Shown here piece by piece: positions 1 to 8,901 of a stretch of DNA of 64,000 nt (within the stretch, counting starts at the first letter, position 1; every line of letters starts with the position of its first letter). The position numbers were made by a program, and so were the translations under genes. The stretch is from Microcystaceae cyanobacterium (GTDB lineage Bacteria > Cyanobacteriota > Cyanobacteriia > Cyanobacteriales > Microcystaceae): assembly GCA_041746575.1 (NCBI GenBank), contig JBGTGT010000121.1, forward strand, positions 32,001 to 96,000, given 5' to 3'. The notes beneath the pieces are model-generated. The model was not told the origin of the DNA. It made no database searches and worked only from the letters and a program-made list of their open reading frames with translations.

Positions 1-876
1 CCAAAAGCAGGGGAATTGTTAGATTTTTTTGGCGGAGTTTTGGATTTGCGATCGCAGTTAATTCGGGTTCTTCATGCCAATAGTTTTATTGAAGATCCCA
101 CTCGAATTTATCGTGCTGTTCGTTTTGCCGTTCGTTTAAATTTTGCCCTAGAATCCCAAACAGAAACTTATATTCGCTATGCCATTGAAAGCGGGGTTTA
201 TGATCAATTACGATTATTAAATCATCCCGCTCCTGCTCTAACAACCCGCCTAAAAACAGAATTGAATTTAGTTTTAGAAGCGGATTATTGGAAGTCCGCA
301 TTACAATTATTAGCCCATCTAGAGGCACTAAAATGTCTTCATCCTGACTTAAGTTTAACCCCTGATTTATGGTGGCAAGTTCGCTGTGTTTCTCGTTGGC
401 TAAGTTATCTAGACGGAGCGCATTATTTAGAGCATTGGCTAATTCGTTTAGAAACCTTAATTGCTGATTTAGCAGCGACAGAAAGGGTTAAAATTGCCAG
501 TAATCTTCAACTACCTAAGGAAAGTATTGAACGATTGCAACGGTTAGATAAAACACAGGAAACGATTCAGCAAAAACTTGTAAACTGCCACCGTCCCAGC
601 GAAATTGTACAGCTATTACGACCCTTTAAATTAGCAGATTTAATCTTAGTGGCTGTGAGAAGTTCCAAAGGAATTCGGAATCGAATTTGGTTTTATTTAA
701 CGGAATTATCGCAAGTCAAAGCCCCGTTAGATGGCAATGATTTGAAAGCAATGGGATATCGTCCCAGTCCAAAGTTTAAAGAAATCCTTGATCGCTTATT
801 ATGGGCTACTCTAGATGAAGAAATTACAACCTATCAAGAAGGAAAAGAATGGGTGAAACAATGGATAAATGATTAA
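1..876 (+). CDS. tRNA nucleotidyltransferase / poly(A) polymerase family protein, C-terminal part (5' truncated by window)
   Basis: Frame is open from base 1. Motifs LLDFFGG.LDL, LH.NSFIEDPTRIYRAVRFAVR and C-terminal LDGNDLKAMGY.P are typical of class II CCA/A-adding enzymes. Confidence 0.85.
   Translation, partial: PKAGELLDFFGGVLDLRSQLIRVLHANSFIEDPTRIYRAVRFAVRLNFALESQTETYIRYAIESGVYDQLRLLNHPAPALTTRLKTELNLVLEADYWKSALQLLAHLEALKCLHPDLSLTPDLWWQVRCVSRWLSYLDGAHYLEHWLIRLETLIADLAATERVKIASNLQLPKESIERLQRLDKTQETIQQKLVNCHRPSEIVQLLRPFKLADLILVAVRSSKGIRNRIWFYLTELSQVKAPLDGNDLKAMGYRPSPKFKEILDRLLWATLDEEITTYQEGKEWVKQWIND
48..55. repeat. HIP1 octamer GCGATCGC (one example of many copies across the window)
   Basis: Recurs throughout core genes; an established cyanobacterial signature. 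Confidence 0.9.
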
Positions 877-902
877 TAGGCATTAAAAAAAATCAAAGCA
901 AT

Positions 903-1586
903 ATGGCAGATAATTCTCACTTCGCGGGTCGCATGAAATCTGAAGACTTACAATTAATTCCTTCACCTTATCAGACAAAAGGACGGATTGCGGGAGTTGA
1001 TGAAGTGGGAAGAGGGTGCTTATTTGGACCGGTTGTCGCCAGTGCGGTTATTTTCCCGCTTAGTTTATTGCCGAAATTAACTGAACTTCAAATTAGAGAT
1101 AGTAAACAATTATCGCCCCAAAAACGCCGAGAACTCAGTCAAGAAATTCAAAGACTGGCTCTGTCTGTTACGGTTGGTTATGCTTCTGTCAAAGAAATTG
1201 ATCGTCTGAACATTTTATACGCTTCTTTACTCGCCATGAAACGAGCGGTTAATAAATTGAATGTTCCTCCAGATTTCTGTTTAATTGATGGCAGATTCCC
1301 GATTCCAGACTTAGAAATCCCCCAACAGGCTGTCATTAAAGGTGATCAGCGATCGCTTTTGATTGCTTCTGCAAGTATTATCGCCAAAGTCTGGCGTGAT
1401 CAATTAATTATTCGCTTAGCCAAACGTTATCCCCAGTATGATTTGAGCAATAATAAGGGATATGGTACACCAAAACACCGACAAGCCCTCGAAAAATGGG
1501 GTATTTCCCCTCAACATCGCCTTTCTTTTGCGCCCTGTCAATCTCAGCAAAATTTACGAAACTCAATAAAGATCGTTAAAATGTAG
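903..1586 (+). CDS. rnhB: Ribonuclease HII
   Basis: AGVDEVGRG, DSKQLS, IAASIIAKV.RD-like, NKGYGT and HR.SF motifs. The true start may be ATG 933. Confidence 0.95.
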   Translation: MADNSHFAGRMKSEDLQLIPSPYQTKGRIAGVDEVGRGCLFGPVVASAVIFPLSLLPKLTELQIRDSKQLSPQKRRELSQEIQRLALSVTVGYASVKEIDRLNILYASLLAMKRAVNKLNVPPDFCLIDGRFPIPDLEIPQQAVIKGDQRSLLIASASIIAKVWRDQLIIRLAKRYPQYDLSNNKGYGTPKHRQALEKWGISPQHRLSFAPCQSQQNLRNSIKIVKM

Positions 1587-1609
1587 AGAATGTTTAAATT
1601 TTCGGTCAT

Positions 1610-2077
1610 ATGTCTCACTGGTTAGAACATAGTGTACAAGTTGAAGTCGATGCGCCCATTGATTTAGTATGGAATTTATGGTCAGATTTAGAACAAATGC
1701 CAAATTGGATGAAATGGATCGAATCAGTCCGAATTTTAGAAGAAGATCCTGAATTATCTCGATGGAAGTTGGCCAGTGGTGGTTTTGAGTTTACTTGGCT
1801 ATCAAGAATCGAAAAAATTGTTCCCTATCAAATGATTCAATGGCAATCGGTAGATGGTCTGCCGAACCGAGGAGCGATTCGCTTTTATGATCGTCATGGC
1901 AGTAGTATTGTGCGATTAACTGCCGCTTATGCCATTCCGGGATGGTTAGGTAAGCTGATGGATAATTTATTCTTAGGAAAAATTGTCGAATCAACCCTAA
2001 TGGCTGATTTAGAAAGATTTCGACAATACGCTTCAAACGCAAAACAACAGCAAAACGCCTCTTCTCACCCATCTTGA
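1610..2077 (+). CDS. SRPBCC / polyketide cyclase-dehydrase family protein
   Basis: HSVQVEVDAP..VWNLWSDLE.MP.WM and W.SVDGLPNRG patterns. Confidence 0.85.
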   Translation: MSHWLEHSVQVEVDAPIDLVWNLWSDLEQMPNWMKWIESVRILEEDPELSRWKLASGGFEFTWLSRIEKIVPYQMIQWQSVDGLPNRGAIRFYDRHGSSIVRLTAAYAIPGWLGKLMDNLFLGKIVESTLMADLERFRQYASNAKQQQNASSHPS

Positions 2078-2318
2078 AACTTTAAGGAATCAAGCGGGAA
2101 TCTTGAGTTAAGATGAAAGCATAGCTTCTGAAGTTAAGATAAACGGCTGTCAAACTTGAACGCTTATTTTGTCTTGCGACATGACGGAAATCTTTCCTGA
2201 AAATCCACTAACTAGGGTGAAGTTATCTACCTAAAAATATCAGGGTTAATTAAGTTAACGATGCTCGTAATTGATAGGAGTTTAATCCACTGCTGACGAT
2301 AATTAAAGGCGATTTTCC

Positions 2319-2768
2319 ATGACGTATAATCATCCCTCACACTCATTTCCTGCGCCCTGTATCATTGATGATGGTATTTTAATCAATAAAGAAGATATGC
2401 GCCGTCTTTTAAACGATTTAGGGCGTGTACGCTATATTCATACCTTAGATGGACGACTGCAAAGTGAAGGAGACGGTTGGTTGGTGGAAGTGTTCACCGA
2501 CCCTCTTCAAGCTACCCTAATTGCCAATCATCTTGTTTATATTAATGTTCAGAGTTTTGATTATCTTAAATTAACGTCGGTGGCTGGAGAAACTTACTTT
2601 GATCTCATTCAGGATATCCGTCAACTTCGTTTAATTCCTGTTTCAAGCATACCGCAGGAAATTGACAGTGCTGAAGATTTGGATGCAGAGACAATAGAAG
2701 CCATGGTTACGCAAGTGTTAGCGGCAAAGTGGGATGTACAGTTGGACGATGATGACTGTCCTTTCTAA
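2319..2768 (+). CDS. Conserved cyanobacterial hypothetical protein
   Basis: 149-aa ORF with typical composition and an acidic C-terminus; no function recognised. Confidence 0.7.
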   Translation: MTYNHPSHSFPAPCIIDDGILINKEDMRRLLNDLGRVRYIHTLDGRLQSEGDGWLVEVFTDPLQATLIANHLVYINVQSFDYLKLTSVAGETYFDLIQDIRQLRLIPVSSIPQEIDSAEDLDAETIEAMVTQVLAAKWDVQLDDDDCPF

Positions 2769-2794
2769 AAGATTGCGAAAGATTAGCCTTAGTC

Positions 2795-2974
2795 ATGATG
2801 AATTCGGATTTTGACTTGCAGAATATTCAACAACCCATCTTAACGGCCTCTTCTGAGGTTCGCGAGATTATTGAACGGGTTTTAAAAATTGAAAAAGAAA
2901 AGCTTTATCTCAAAATTCCCAAAAATATTCAGGAAGACATTATAACCATTATTAAAGAGGTCGTTCAATCTTGA
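2795..2974 (+). CDS. 59-aa small helical protein (absent from the ORF track)
   Basis: Hand translation from ATG 2795 to TGA 2974: MMNSDFDLQNIQQPILTASSEVREIIERVLKIEKEKLYLKIPKNIQEDIITIIKEVVQS. It starts 26 nt after the upstream gene. Confidence 0.7.
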   Translation: MMNSDFDLQNIQQPILTASSEVREIIERVLKIEKEKLYLKIPKNIQEDIITIIKEVVQS

Positions 2975-3104
2975 AATTCAGACACGACCTAGAAAATGAG
3001 CATAAGGTTACGCAAGCTTTATTCTACTCTATCATTATTGATTGAGCGAGAAGGGACAAACCATTCTACAATAAAAGCTAACTCATTTTAGCTTTTTCGA
3101 TGGT

Positions 3105-4238
3105 ATGAAAATTGCCCTTTTTACAGAAACCTTTTTACCCAAAATCGACGGAATTGTAACTCGTCTCAAACATACCGTGGAACATTTGCAACGACAAGGG
3201 GAGCAGGTGCTAATTTTTTCACCTGATGGTGGCTTAAAGGAGTATAAAGGGGCAAAAATTCAGGGTGTTTCTGGCATTCCGCTTCCCCTTTATCCTGAAC
3301 TCAAACTGGCGATTCCGCGTCCCACGATTCGTAAAGTAATTGAGCAATTTAAACCCGATTTAATTCATGTGGTCAATCCGGCCGTTTTAGGGGTGGGGGG
3401 CATCTATTATGCAAAAACAATGGGAATTCCCTTAGTTGCTTCTTATCACACCCATTTGCCTCAATATTTGCACCATTACGGCTTAGGATCTTTAGAAGGC
3501 GTTTTATGGGAATTACTAAAATTAGGTCATAATCAAGCCGAACTAAACCTTTGTACGTCAAATGCAATGGTAGAGGAATTGGTAAGTCATGGCATAGAAA
3601 GGGTCGATTTATGGCAAAGGGGTGTAGATACCGAGATGTTTCAGCCTCATTTAGCGTCTCATTCCATGCGTTATCGGTTATCCCAAGGCAACCCTGATGC
3701 TCCCCTTTTATTGTATGTCGGCCGCGTCTCTGCTGAAAAGCAAATTGATGAGATTAAACCGGTGCTAGACTCCATCCCTAATGCCCGTTTAGCGATTGTG
3801 GGAGATGGGCCTCATCGTGAGGCATTAGAGGCGCATTTTGCGGGAACAGCGACCTATTTTGTCGGATATTTGCAAGGATTGGAATTAGCTTCTGCGTTTG
3901 CCTCTGCTGACGCCTTTATTTTCCCTTCTCGAACGGAAACCCTTGGTTTAGTCTTATTGGAAGCTATGGCCGCCGGTTGTCCGGTGGTTGCGGCGGCATC
4001 GGGTGGTATCCTTGATATTGTCAGCGATGAGATTAATGGTTATTTATTTGACCCCAAAGACGCCAAAGGGGCAATCACTGCTACTCAAAGACTGTTAGCG
4101 GCCACCGAAGAACGGGAAAATTTACGGCAAAATGCTCGTCTTGAAGCAGAAAAATGGGGTTGGAGTGCGGCAACTCAACAATTGCGCCGCTATTATCAGA
4201 ATGTTTTAGGAACATCCGCTCTATCTCTAGTCGCTTAA
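3105..4238 (+). CDS. sqdX: GT4 glycosyltransferase, sulfoquinovosyldiacylglycerol synthase
   Basis: MKIALFTETFLPKIDGIVTRL N-terminus; YVGRVSAEK and FPSRTETLGLVLLEAMAAG motifs. Confidence 0.85.
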   Translation: MKIALFTETFLPKIDGIVTRLKHTVEHLQRQGEQVLIFSPDGGLKEYKGAKIQGVSGIPLPLYPELKLAIPRPTIRKVIEQFKPDLIHVVNPAVLGVGGIYYAKTMGIPLVASYHTHLPQYLHHYGLGSLEGVLWELLKLGHNQAELNLCTSNAMVEELVSHGIERVDLWQRGVDTEMFQPHLASHSMRYRLSQGNPDAPLLLYVGRVSAEKQIDEIKPVLDSIPNARLAIVGDGPHREALEAHFAGTATYFVGYLQGLELASAFASADAFIFPSRTETLGLVLLEAMAAGCPVVAAASGGILDIVSDEINGYLFDPKDAKGAITATQRLLAATEERENLRQNARLEAEKWGWSAATQQLRRYYQNVLGTSALSLVA

Positions 4239-4247
4239 ACGGTCGGA

Positions 4248-4994
4248 TTAAACATCCCATTCGTCTTGTTCTTTGGGTTGTATTAATTGTTGTTGAATCC
4301 CTTGCCAATTGACATCTATCGTCGCCATTTTTTGCTGAATTTTTCCGTTATCTAAGATTAAAATATTTTGAGCAAATTGACGCACCCAAGACCATTGATG
4401 ATTGACCATTATCACCGTTAATTGCTGTTGTTCAGAAAGGGTAATCAATTGTTCCATCAAACGATGGCTTAATCCGATATCCAAGGCAGAAGTGGGTTCA
4501 TCTAAGAGTAAAATAGAGGGTTGCATCATTAACCCTCGAACAATGGTCACCCATTGACGTTGACCGACGGATAACTGTAATTCGTTACGTTCTAGCCAAT
4601 CGTCGGGAATGGCAAATAAATCACAGTAATCTAAGAAACGGGTTTTAATTTCTGCTTCAGAAAGGCGTTTTAATTTTAAAGGATAAATTAGTGCATCTTT
4701 TACAGTCATGCCTAATAGCTTTGGTTCTTGAGAGACTAAAACAATTTGCTGTCTTAATTCGGTCACAGGATAATTATGAAAGGGTTTATTGTTAAACTGA
4801 AGGAGTCCTGATGTCGGTTCAACAAGGCGATTTAGGAGTTTTAATAACGTGGTTTTTCCGGCACCCGAAGCTCCAATAATGCCCCAGCGATCGCCTTTTT
4901 TGATAGCAAAATTAATCTCTTTTAATAGGACTTGAATTCCTAAATCATCCCATAAATTAACGTGTTCAACCTGTAAAATGGTTTCGTTATTCAT
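4248..4994 (-). CDS. ABC transporter ATP-binding protein (no adjacent permease)
   Basis: Walker A GASGAGKTT, signature LSVGQRQ, Walker B LLLDEPT. Start placed at ATG 4994. Confidence 0.9.
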   Translation of the reverse strand: MNNETILQVEHVNLWDDLGIQVLLKEINFAIKKGDRWGIIGASGAGKTTLLKLLNRLVEPTSGLLQFNNKPFHNYPVTELRQQIVLVSQEPKLLGMTVKDALIYPLKLKRLSEAEIKTRFLDYCDLFAIPDDWLERNELQLSVGQRQWVTIVRGLMMQPSILLLDEPTSALDIGLSHRLMEQLITLSEQQQLTVIMVNHQWSWVRQFAQNILILDNGKIQQKMATIDVNWQGIQQQLIQPKEQDEWDV

Positions 4995-5166
4995 CACATT
5001 CAACCGATGCACAAAATTTAGAAATTCTGGGGTAAAAGGAAAACGGAGAACAGAATTGAGGAACAATTTCTTATATTCAGTATAGTTGAATGTAGGGCAA
5101 ATTCCAGATCCTATTCTTGATTGTTTCCCTTTAACGATAAATCTCCCTTAGCTAACAGTTGAATCA

Positions 5167-5191
5167 GGAAGCGTAACAAATTGACGTGATA
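5167..5191 (+). repeat. IS left inverted repeat
   Basis: GGAAGCGTAACAAATTGACGTGATA. Confidence 0.92.
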
Positions 5192-5248
5192 AAAGAAAAT
5201 TGGTAGAATATCTGTCAAGGGTTGAAGATGACAAGGACAGATTTTATT

Positions 5249-6595
5249 ATGGACTACGAATTGAGAGTGATTATAGAGAAAGTATCTGTTGGAAGTCAAG
5301 AAGTGATTAAGAGAGATACTCTAAAAATTTACGATCTCAAAAAACCTGAATCAATTTTAGAATTAGGATTACGCCATAGAGAACAAATATCTCTCTTAGA
5401 AAAAGTGCAAAATGTAATCTTAGCCGAACAAGCATCTTTATTAGACGCCGGATATAAAGTCTGTCCTACATGTGGTGGAAAACTCAAGAAAAATGGCAGC
5501 CGAATTTCTAATTTCCATGCGGTGTTTAGCGATCATCAATTAAAAATCCAACAACATTGCTGCGCTCATCCTGATTGTGATTGGAGAAGCTCTCCAACCA
5601 TCAATTCTTTATTAGGAACGAATCGGCATCCAGATTTGGCCAAACTGCAATGTGAACAGGGAGCCTTATACAGTTTTAGAGAAGGACAAAAAAATCTAGA
5701 GAGATTAAATTGTGAAGTGCGTTCTATTAATAATCATACACAAATTCAACGCCTCACAACTCAAGTGGGAGAAATTATCTCAGAGCAAAATTATCAGCCG
5801 CCAAAGCCAGAAGAGTGTGCAAGTATAGCTGAAGAATTAGTGGTTCAAGTGGATGGAGGACACATCCCTACTCAAGATAAAGAGAAACGGAGCTTTGAAG
5901 CTTTATCAGCAATTATTTATCAGCCCAAAAATCTGGAGAAAATTGATAAGAATCATCGTAAAATTACCCAGAAAGCCTGTGTAGCTTCAGCCCAAAATGA
6001 TGAATTAAAAACGATGAAAGCTTACGTGATTAATGCCGCCATTAAGCAAGGATTAGGAGAAACAACAAAAGCTTGTGGACTAGCCGATGGAGCTAAGAAT
6101 TGCTGGTCAGTTCTTTTAGCTATTGAACCTTATTGTCAGAGTTTAGAGTGTATTTTAGATTGGTTTCATATTGGTAAAAAGTTCCAGAACGTCAAACAAG
6201 CTTTAGAAGAAAGTCTGGCAGAATCTTTAGAGAGTGCCAAATGGGAACTGTGGCATGGAAAAACTGATGATGCCTTAGCTAAGTTAGTAATTATTAGAGA
6301 TGAGATAACCGATGGCAAAAAAAAGAGTAAACTACAGGGACTCTACGATTATATAGCTCGAAATCGAGATTATCTAGTCAACTATGAAGACCGAAAGCAA
6401 GCTAACCAAACTTATACTAGTCAAGTAGCCGAATCTCATATTGAGTCATTGATTAATGCCCGACATAAAAGGTCTGGAAAAATGCAATGGACTCGTGAAG
6501 GAGCGCATCAAGTCTTACAAATTAGGACTAAAATGACGAGCAATGAATGGGAAAGAATCGCTATCAATACTGTTTTCTCTGCTTTAGTCGCTTGA
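5249..6595 (+). CDS. ISKra4-family (prokaryotic Mutator-like) DDE transposase
   Basis: CPTCG zinc knuckle; VDGGH, LADGA, LDWFH, SQVAES and MQWTREGAH motifs. Start is 5249 (alternatives 5222 and 5228). Confidence 0.88.
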   Translation: MDYELRVIIEKVSVGSQEVIKRDTLKIYDLKKPESILELGLRHREQISLLEKVQNVILAEQASLLDAGYKVCPTCGGKLKKNGSRISNFHAVFSDHQLKIQQHCCAHPDCDWRSSPTINSLLGTNRHPDLAKLQCEQGALYSFREGQKNLERLNCEVRSINNHTQIQRLTTQVGEIISEQNYQPPKPEECASIAEELVVQVDGGHIPTQDKEKRSFEALSAIIYQPKNLEKIDKNHRKITQKACVASAQNDELKTMKAYVINAAIKQGLGETTKACGLADGAKNCWSVLLAIEPYCQSLECILDWFHIGKKFQNVKQALEESLAESLESAKWELWHGKTDDALAKLVIIRDEITDGKKKSKLQGLYDYIARNRDYLVNYEDRKQANQTYTSQVAESHIESLINARHKRSGKMQWTREGAHQVLQIRTKMTSNEWERIAINTVFSALVA

Positions 6596-6598
6596 CTC

Positions 6599-6623
6599 TA
6601 TCACGTCAATTTGTTACGCTTCC
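6599..6623 (-). repeat. IS right inverted repeat
   Basis: TATCACGTCAATTTGTTACGCTTCC is the exact reverse complement of the left IR. Confidence 0.92.
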
Positions 6624-6893
6624 AGCTGACAATCCAAAGAACAAGCAACACTGCTTTATGCCATTCTTTCGCTCTTTCAGGTGAATCAGAATTAGGAGGT
6701 TGCGATGAGTCTGACATTATGTTACATATTTGTCATTCAATATTGAAAGTATATTACCGCATATTTATGGAGTGTAAACTTGACGCTCCATTCAGAATCA
6801 CTTTAATTGCAGTAAATTACTCACAAAATTCCCTAAAAACGTCATCTTATAAAGATTTTAAGGGAGACTCAAACAACCGAATTTGACTCACCC

Positions 6894-8174
6894 TTAGGAT
6901 TCATTGAGAGAATCTAAACGCAGAAAGGTTTGTAAAAGAACGTTTGTCCCTTGAGTACATTCTTCAGGGGTGGTATATTCGTCAACAGAGTGGCTGATTC
7001 CCCCTTGACTTGGTACAAAAATCATGCCCATATCAGTAAAACGACCCATTTCTTGGGCATCATGACCTGCTCGGCTGGGTAGATAAGTGTAGCTTAATCC
7101 CATTTCAATACAAACGTCTGCAATGATATCCATAATGGCGGGTTCTGCTAATGTGGGAAGAACGTGCAGTAAGGTTGTCAGGGTAATCTCGGTTTGAGTT
7201 TGTATAGCAATTAGGTGGAATTCATGCTTCATCTCTCGAATGAGAAAATCTAGATGATCTTGAGATAAGTCTCGTAAATCGATGGATAAATTGACTTTTT
7301 CTGCTACTGTATTGACGGCATTGGGTAAAACTGTCATATATCCCACTGTTGCGACTTGTTCCCCTTCTGCTTCCGTCGCCAGACGATTGACTGCCAATAC
7401 AACTTGAGACGCCGCCACCAATGCATCCTTACGCATAGACATCGGTGTTGTTCCAGCGTGATTCGCCCGACCTTTTACGGTGACAGAGAGGCGATATTGT
7501 CCGACAATCCCTTTTACGACCCCAATCGGTTTATTTTCACTTTCGAGTATCCCCCCTTGTTCAACATGGAGTTCTACAAAGGCGGCAATTTCTCCCGTTT
7601 TACGGCGAGATTCTTGAATTTTCAACCAATCGCCTCCTATTTTTGCTAAACACGTCTCGATTGAGGTGCCATCCTTCCGACGATAAGCTTCCGGATCATT
7701 GACGACGTTTCCAGCCATCGCTTTACAACCGATAACACTGCATTCTTCATCGGTAAAGACAATCACTTCAATTGAATGATTTAATTGAATATTTTGCTCA
7801 AAAAAGGTACGAACGACTTCAATTCCCCCTAAAACCCCTAGTACACCGTCAAAATGACCGGCAATCGGCACAGTATCAATATGAGATCCCGTTGCTAATG
7901 CGCCTAAGTCGGGCTTTTTCCCCGCATAAGTGCCAATAATATTACCTGCCGTATCAGTGCGCACTGTCATCCCTGCGTCTTTCATCCATGATTGTACAAG
8001 CTGACGTGCGAGTAAGTCTTCTGGGGTAAAGGCCACCCGATTGACTCCCCCTTGGGATAGTTTGCCAATTTCCGCTAGTTGCGCAATCCGACGATTGAGG
8101 CGATCGCCATTAATTCTTAGAGAAGAGAGGGAGGAATGGAAAGACTTTTGAAGTAGCATAGGTTTAAATTCCAT
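6894..8174 (-). CDS. M20-family Zn amidohydrolase (allantoate amidohydrolase / N-carbamoyl-amino-acid hydrolase type)
   Basis: GSHIDTV, DGVLGV, DEE, ELHVEQG, HAGTTPM, AGHDAQ and GGISH motifs; next to uraD and puuE. Confidence 0.88.
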   Translation of the reverse strand: MEFKPMLLQKSFHSSLSSLRINGDRLNRRIAQLAEIGKLSQGGVNRVAFTPEDLLARQLVQSWMKDAGMTVRTDTAGNIIGTYAGKKPDLGALATGSHIDTVPIAGHFDGVLGVLGGIEVVRTFFEQNIQLNHSIEVIVFTDEECSVIGCKAMAGNVVNDPEAYRRKDGTSIETCLAKIGGDWLKIQESRRKTGEIAAFVELHVEQGGILESENKPIGVVKGIVGQYRLSVTVKGRANHAGTTPMSMRKDALVAASQVVLAVNRLATEAEGEQVATVGYMTVLPNAVNTVAEKVNLSIDLRDLSQDHLDFLIREMKHEFHLIAIQTQTEITLTTLLHVLPTLAEPAIMDIIADVCIEMGLSYTYLPSRAGHDAQEMGRFTDMGMIFVPSQGGISHSVDEYTTPEECTQGTNVLLQTFLRLDSLNES

Positions 8175-8287
8175 ATTTATGGGTTATCTAGGGTCAAAAA
8201 CAAATCATAGACAAATTTCCTAGAATTAGCGGCAAAGAGCTTAATTTTAAATTAATTCTAGTGTTAAGGAGATCGCGTTTGTTTACT

Positions 8288-8301
8288 GTAAGCAAAGTCA
8301 C
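8288..8301. promoter_or_regulatory. Possible NtcA/CRP-type site upstream of the amidohydrolase
   Basis: tGTAagcaaagtCACa reads GTG-N8-TAC on the minus strand, one mismatch from GTA-N8-TAC, ahead of a nitrogen-scavenging gene. The -10 spacing is not canonical. Confidence 0.3.
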
Positions 8302-8379
8302 AAAACAGAGCAAAAGGGCTAATTATAAAGATAAGAATAATTCTGACTTAAATTTGATACTAGGTTTTGCATTTTGAGT

Positions 8380-8883
8380 TTAATTTTCTACCTGAATAAG
8401 GCTTTCTAAACGAAATTGAGCAATTTTTTTGATTTCCGTTAACGCTTGGGCTTTTTCTTCTGTCAGTGTATTTTGCAATCGTTGGCTAAAAGATTCTAAG
8501 ATCGTTTCTTGCGTATGATTTTTCACGGCGACAATAAAGGGGAAACCAAATTTTTCTTTATAAACTTGGTTTAGTTGCTGAAAATGTTCATATTCTTCTA
8601 AATTTAAAAGATTTAATCCTAAATTTCCTTGTTCTTCTACAGAAGCTTCTGCCATCTTTGCTTTACTGCCTAGATCAGGATGCGCACAGATGAGTTTTCG
8701 TTGATCCTGATCACTGAGATGATCTACTTCGGTTACCATTGCTTGATATAAAGTTTCTAGGGTACTAAAAGGTCTTTTTTGCCAAGTCTGCGCCGCTATT
8801 TCGGGAGTGTGTTCAAATATCTCACCCAAAGTATCGGTAAACGCTTCTTGGTTCATTTGATTGAGTTCACTTAAGGTTATCAT
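8380..8883 (-). CDS. uraD: OHCU decarboxylase
   Basis: IFEHTP, AHPDLG, S..EQ and Y.EKFGFPFIVAVK motifs. Confidence 0.92.
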   Translation of the reverse strand: MITLSELNQMNQEAFTDTLGEIFEHTPEIAAQTWQKRPFSTLETLYQAMVTEVDHLSDQDQRKLICAHPDLGSKAKMAEASVEEQGNLGLNLLNLEEYEHFQQLNQVYKEKFGFPFIVAVKNHTQETILESFSQRLQNTLTEEKAQALTEIKKIAQFRLESLIQVEN

Positions 8884-8901
8884 TGAGGAATTAAATAGAA
8901 G

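Larger units (their letters stand above)
5167..6623 (+). mobile_element. ISKra4-family insertion sequence, 1457 bp
   Basis: Perfect 25-bp terminal IRs enclose a single DDE transposase. No target-site duplication is visible. Confidence 0.9.
5111..6717 (-). pseudogene. Putative 49-aa single-TM microprotein gene interrupted by the IS (pieces 6624-6717 and 5111-5166)
   Basis: Joining the flanks gives the in-frame ORF MSDSSQPPNSDSPERAKEWHKAVLLVLWIVS|LIQLLAKGDLSLKGNNQE*. Confidence 0.5.

Noticed and set aside
2265..2310. GATAGGAGT...GCTGACGA resembling a fluoride (crcB) riboswitch
   Set aside because: The first stem is weak, the pseudoknot partner (ACTCC) is missing, and the downstream gene is not fluoride-related.
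5111..5299. 62-aa minus-strand ORF
   Set aside because: It is a chimera of IS left-end sequence and the C-terminus of the interrupted small gene.
5155..6635. Target-site duplication around the IS
   Set aside because: The flanks share only a single A at the junctions, with no convincing direct repeat.
6611..6886. 91-aa plus-strand ORF after the transposase
   Set aside because: It starts with TTG inside the right IR, has no recognisable motifs, and overlaps the better-supported minus-strand microprotein fragment.
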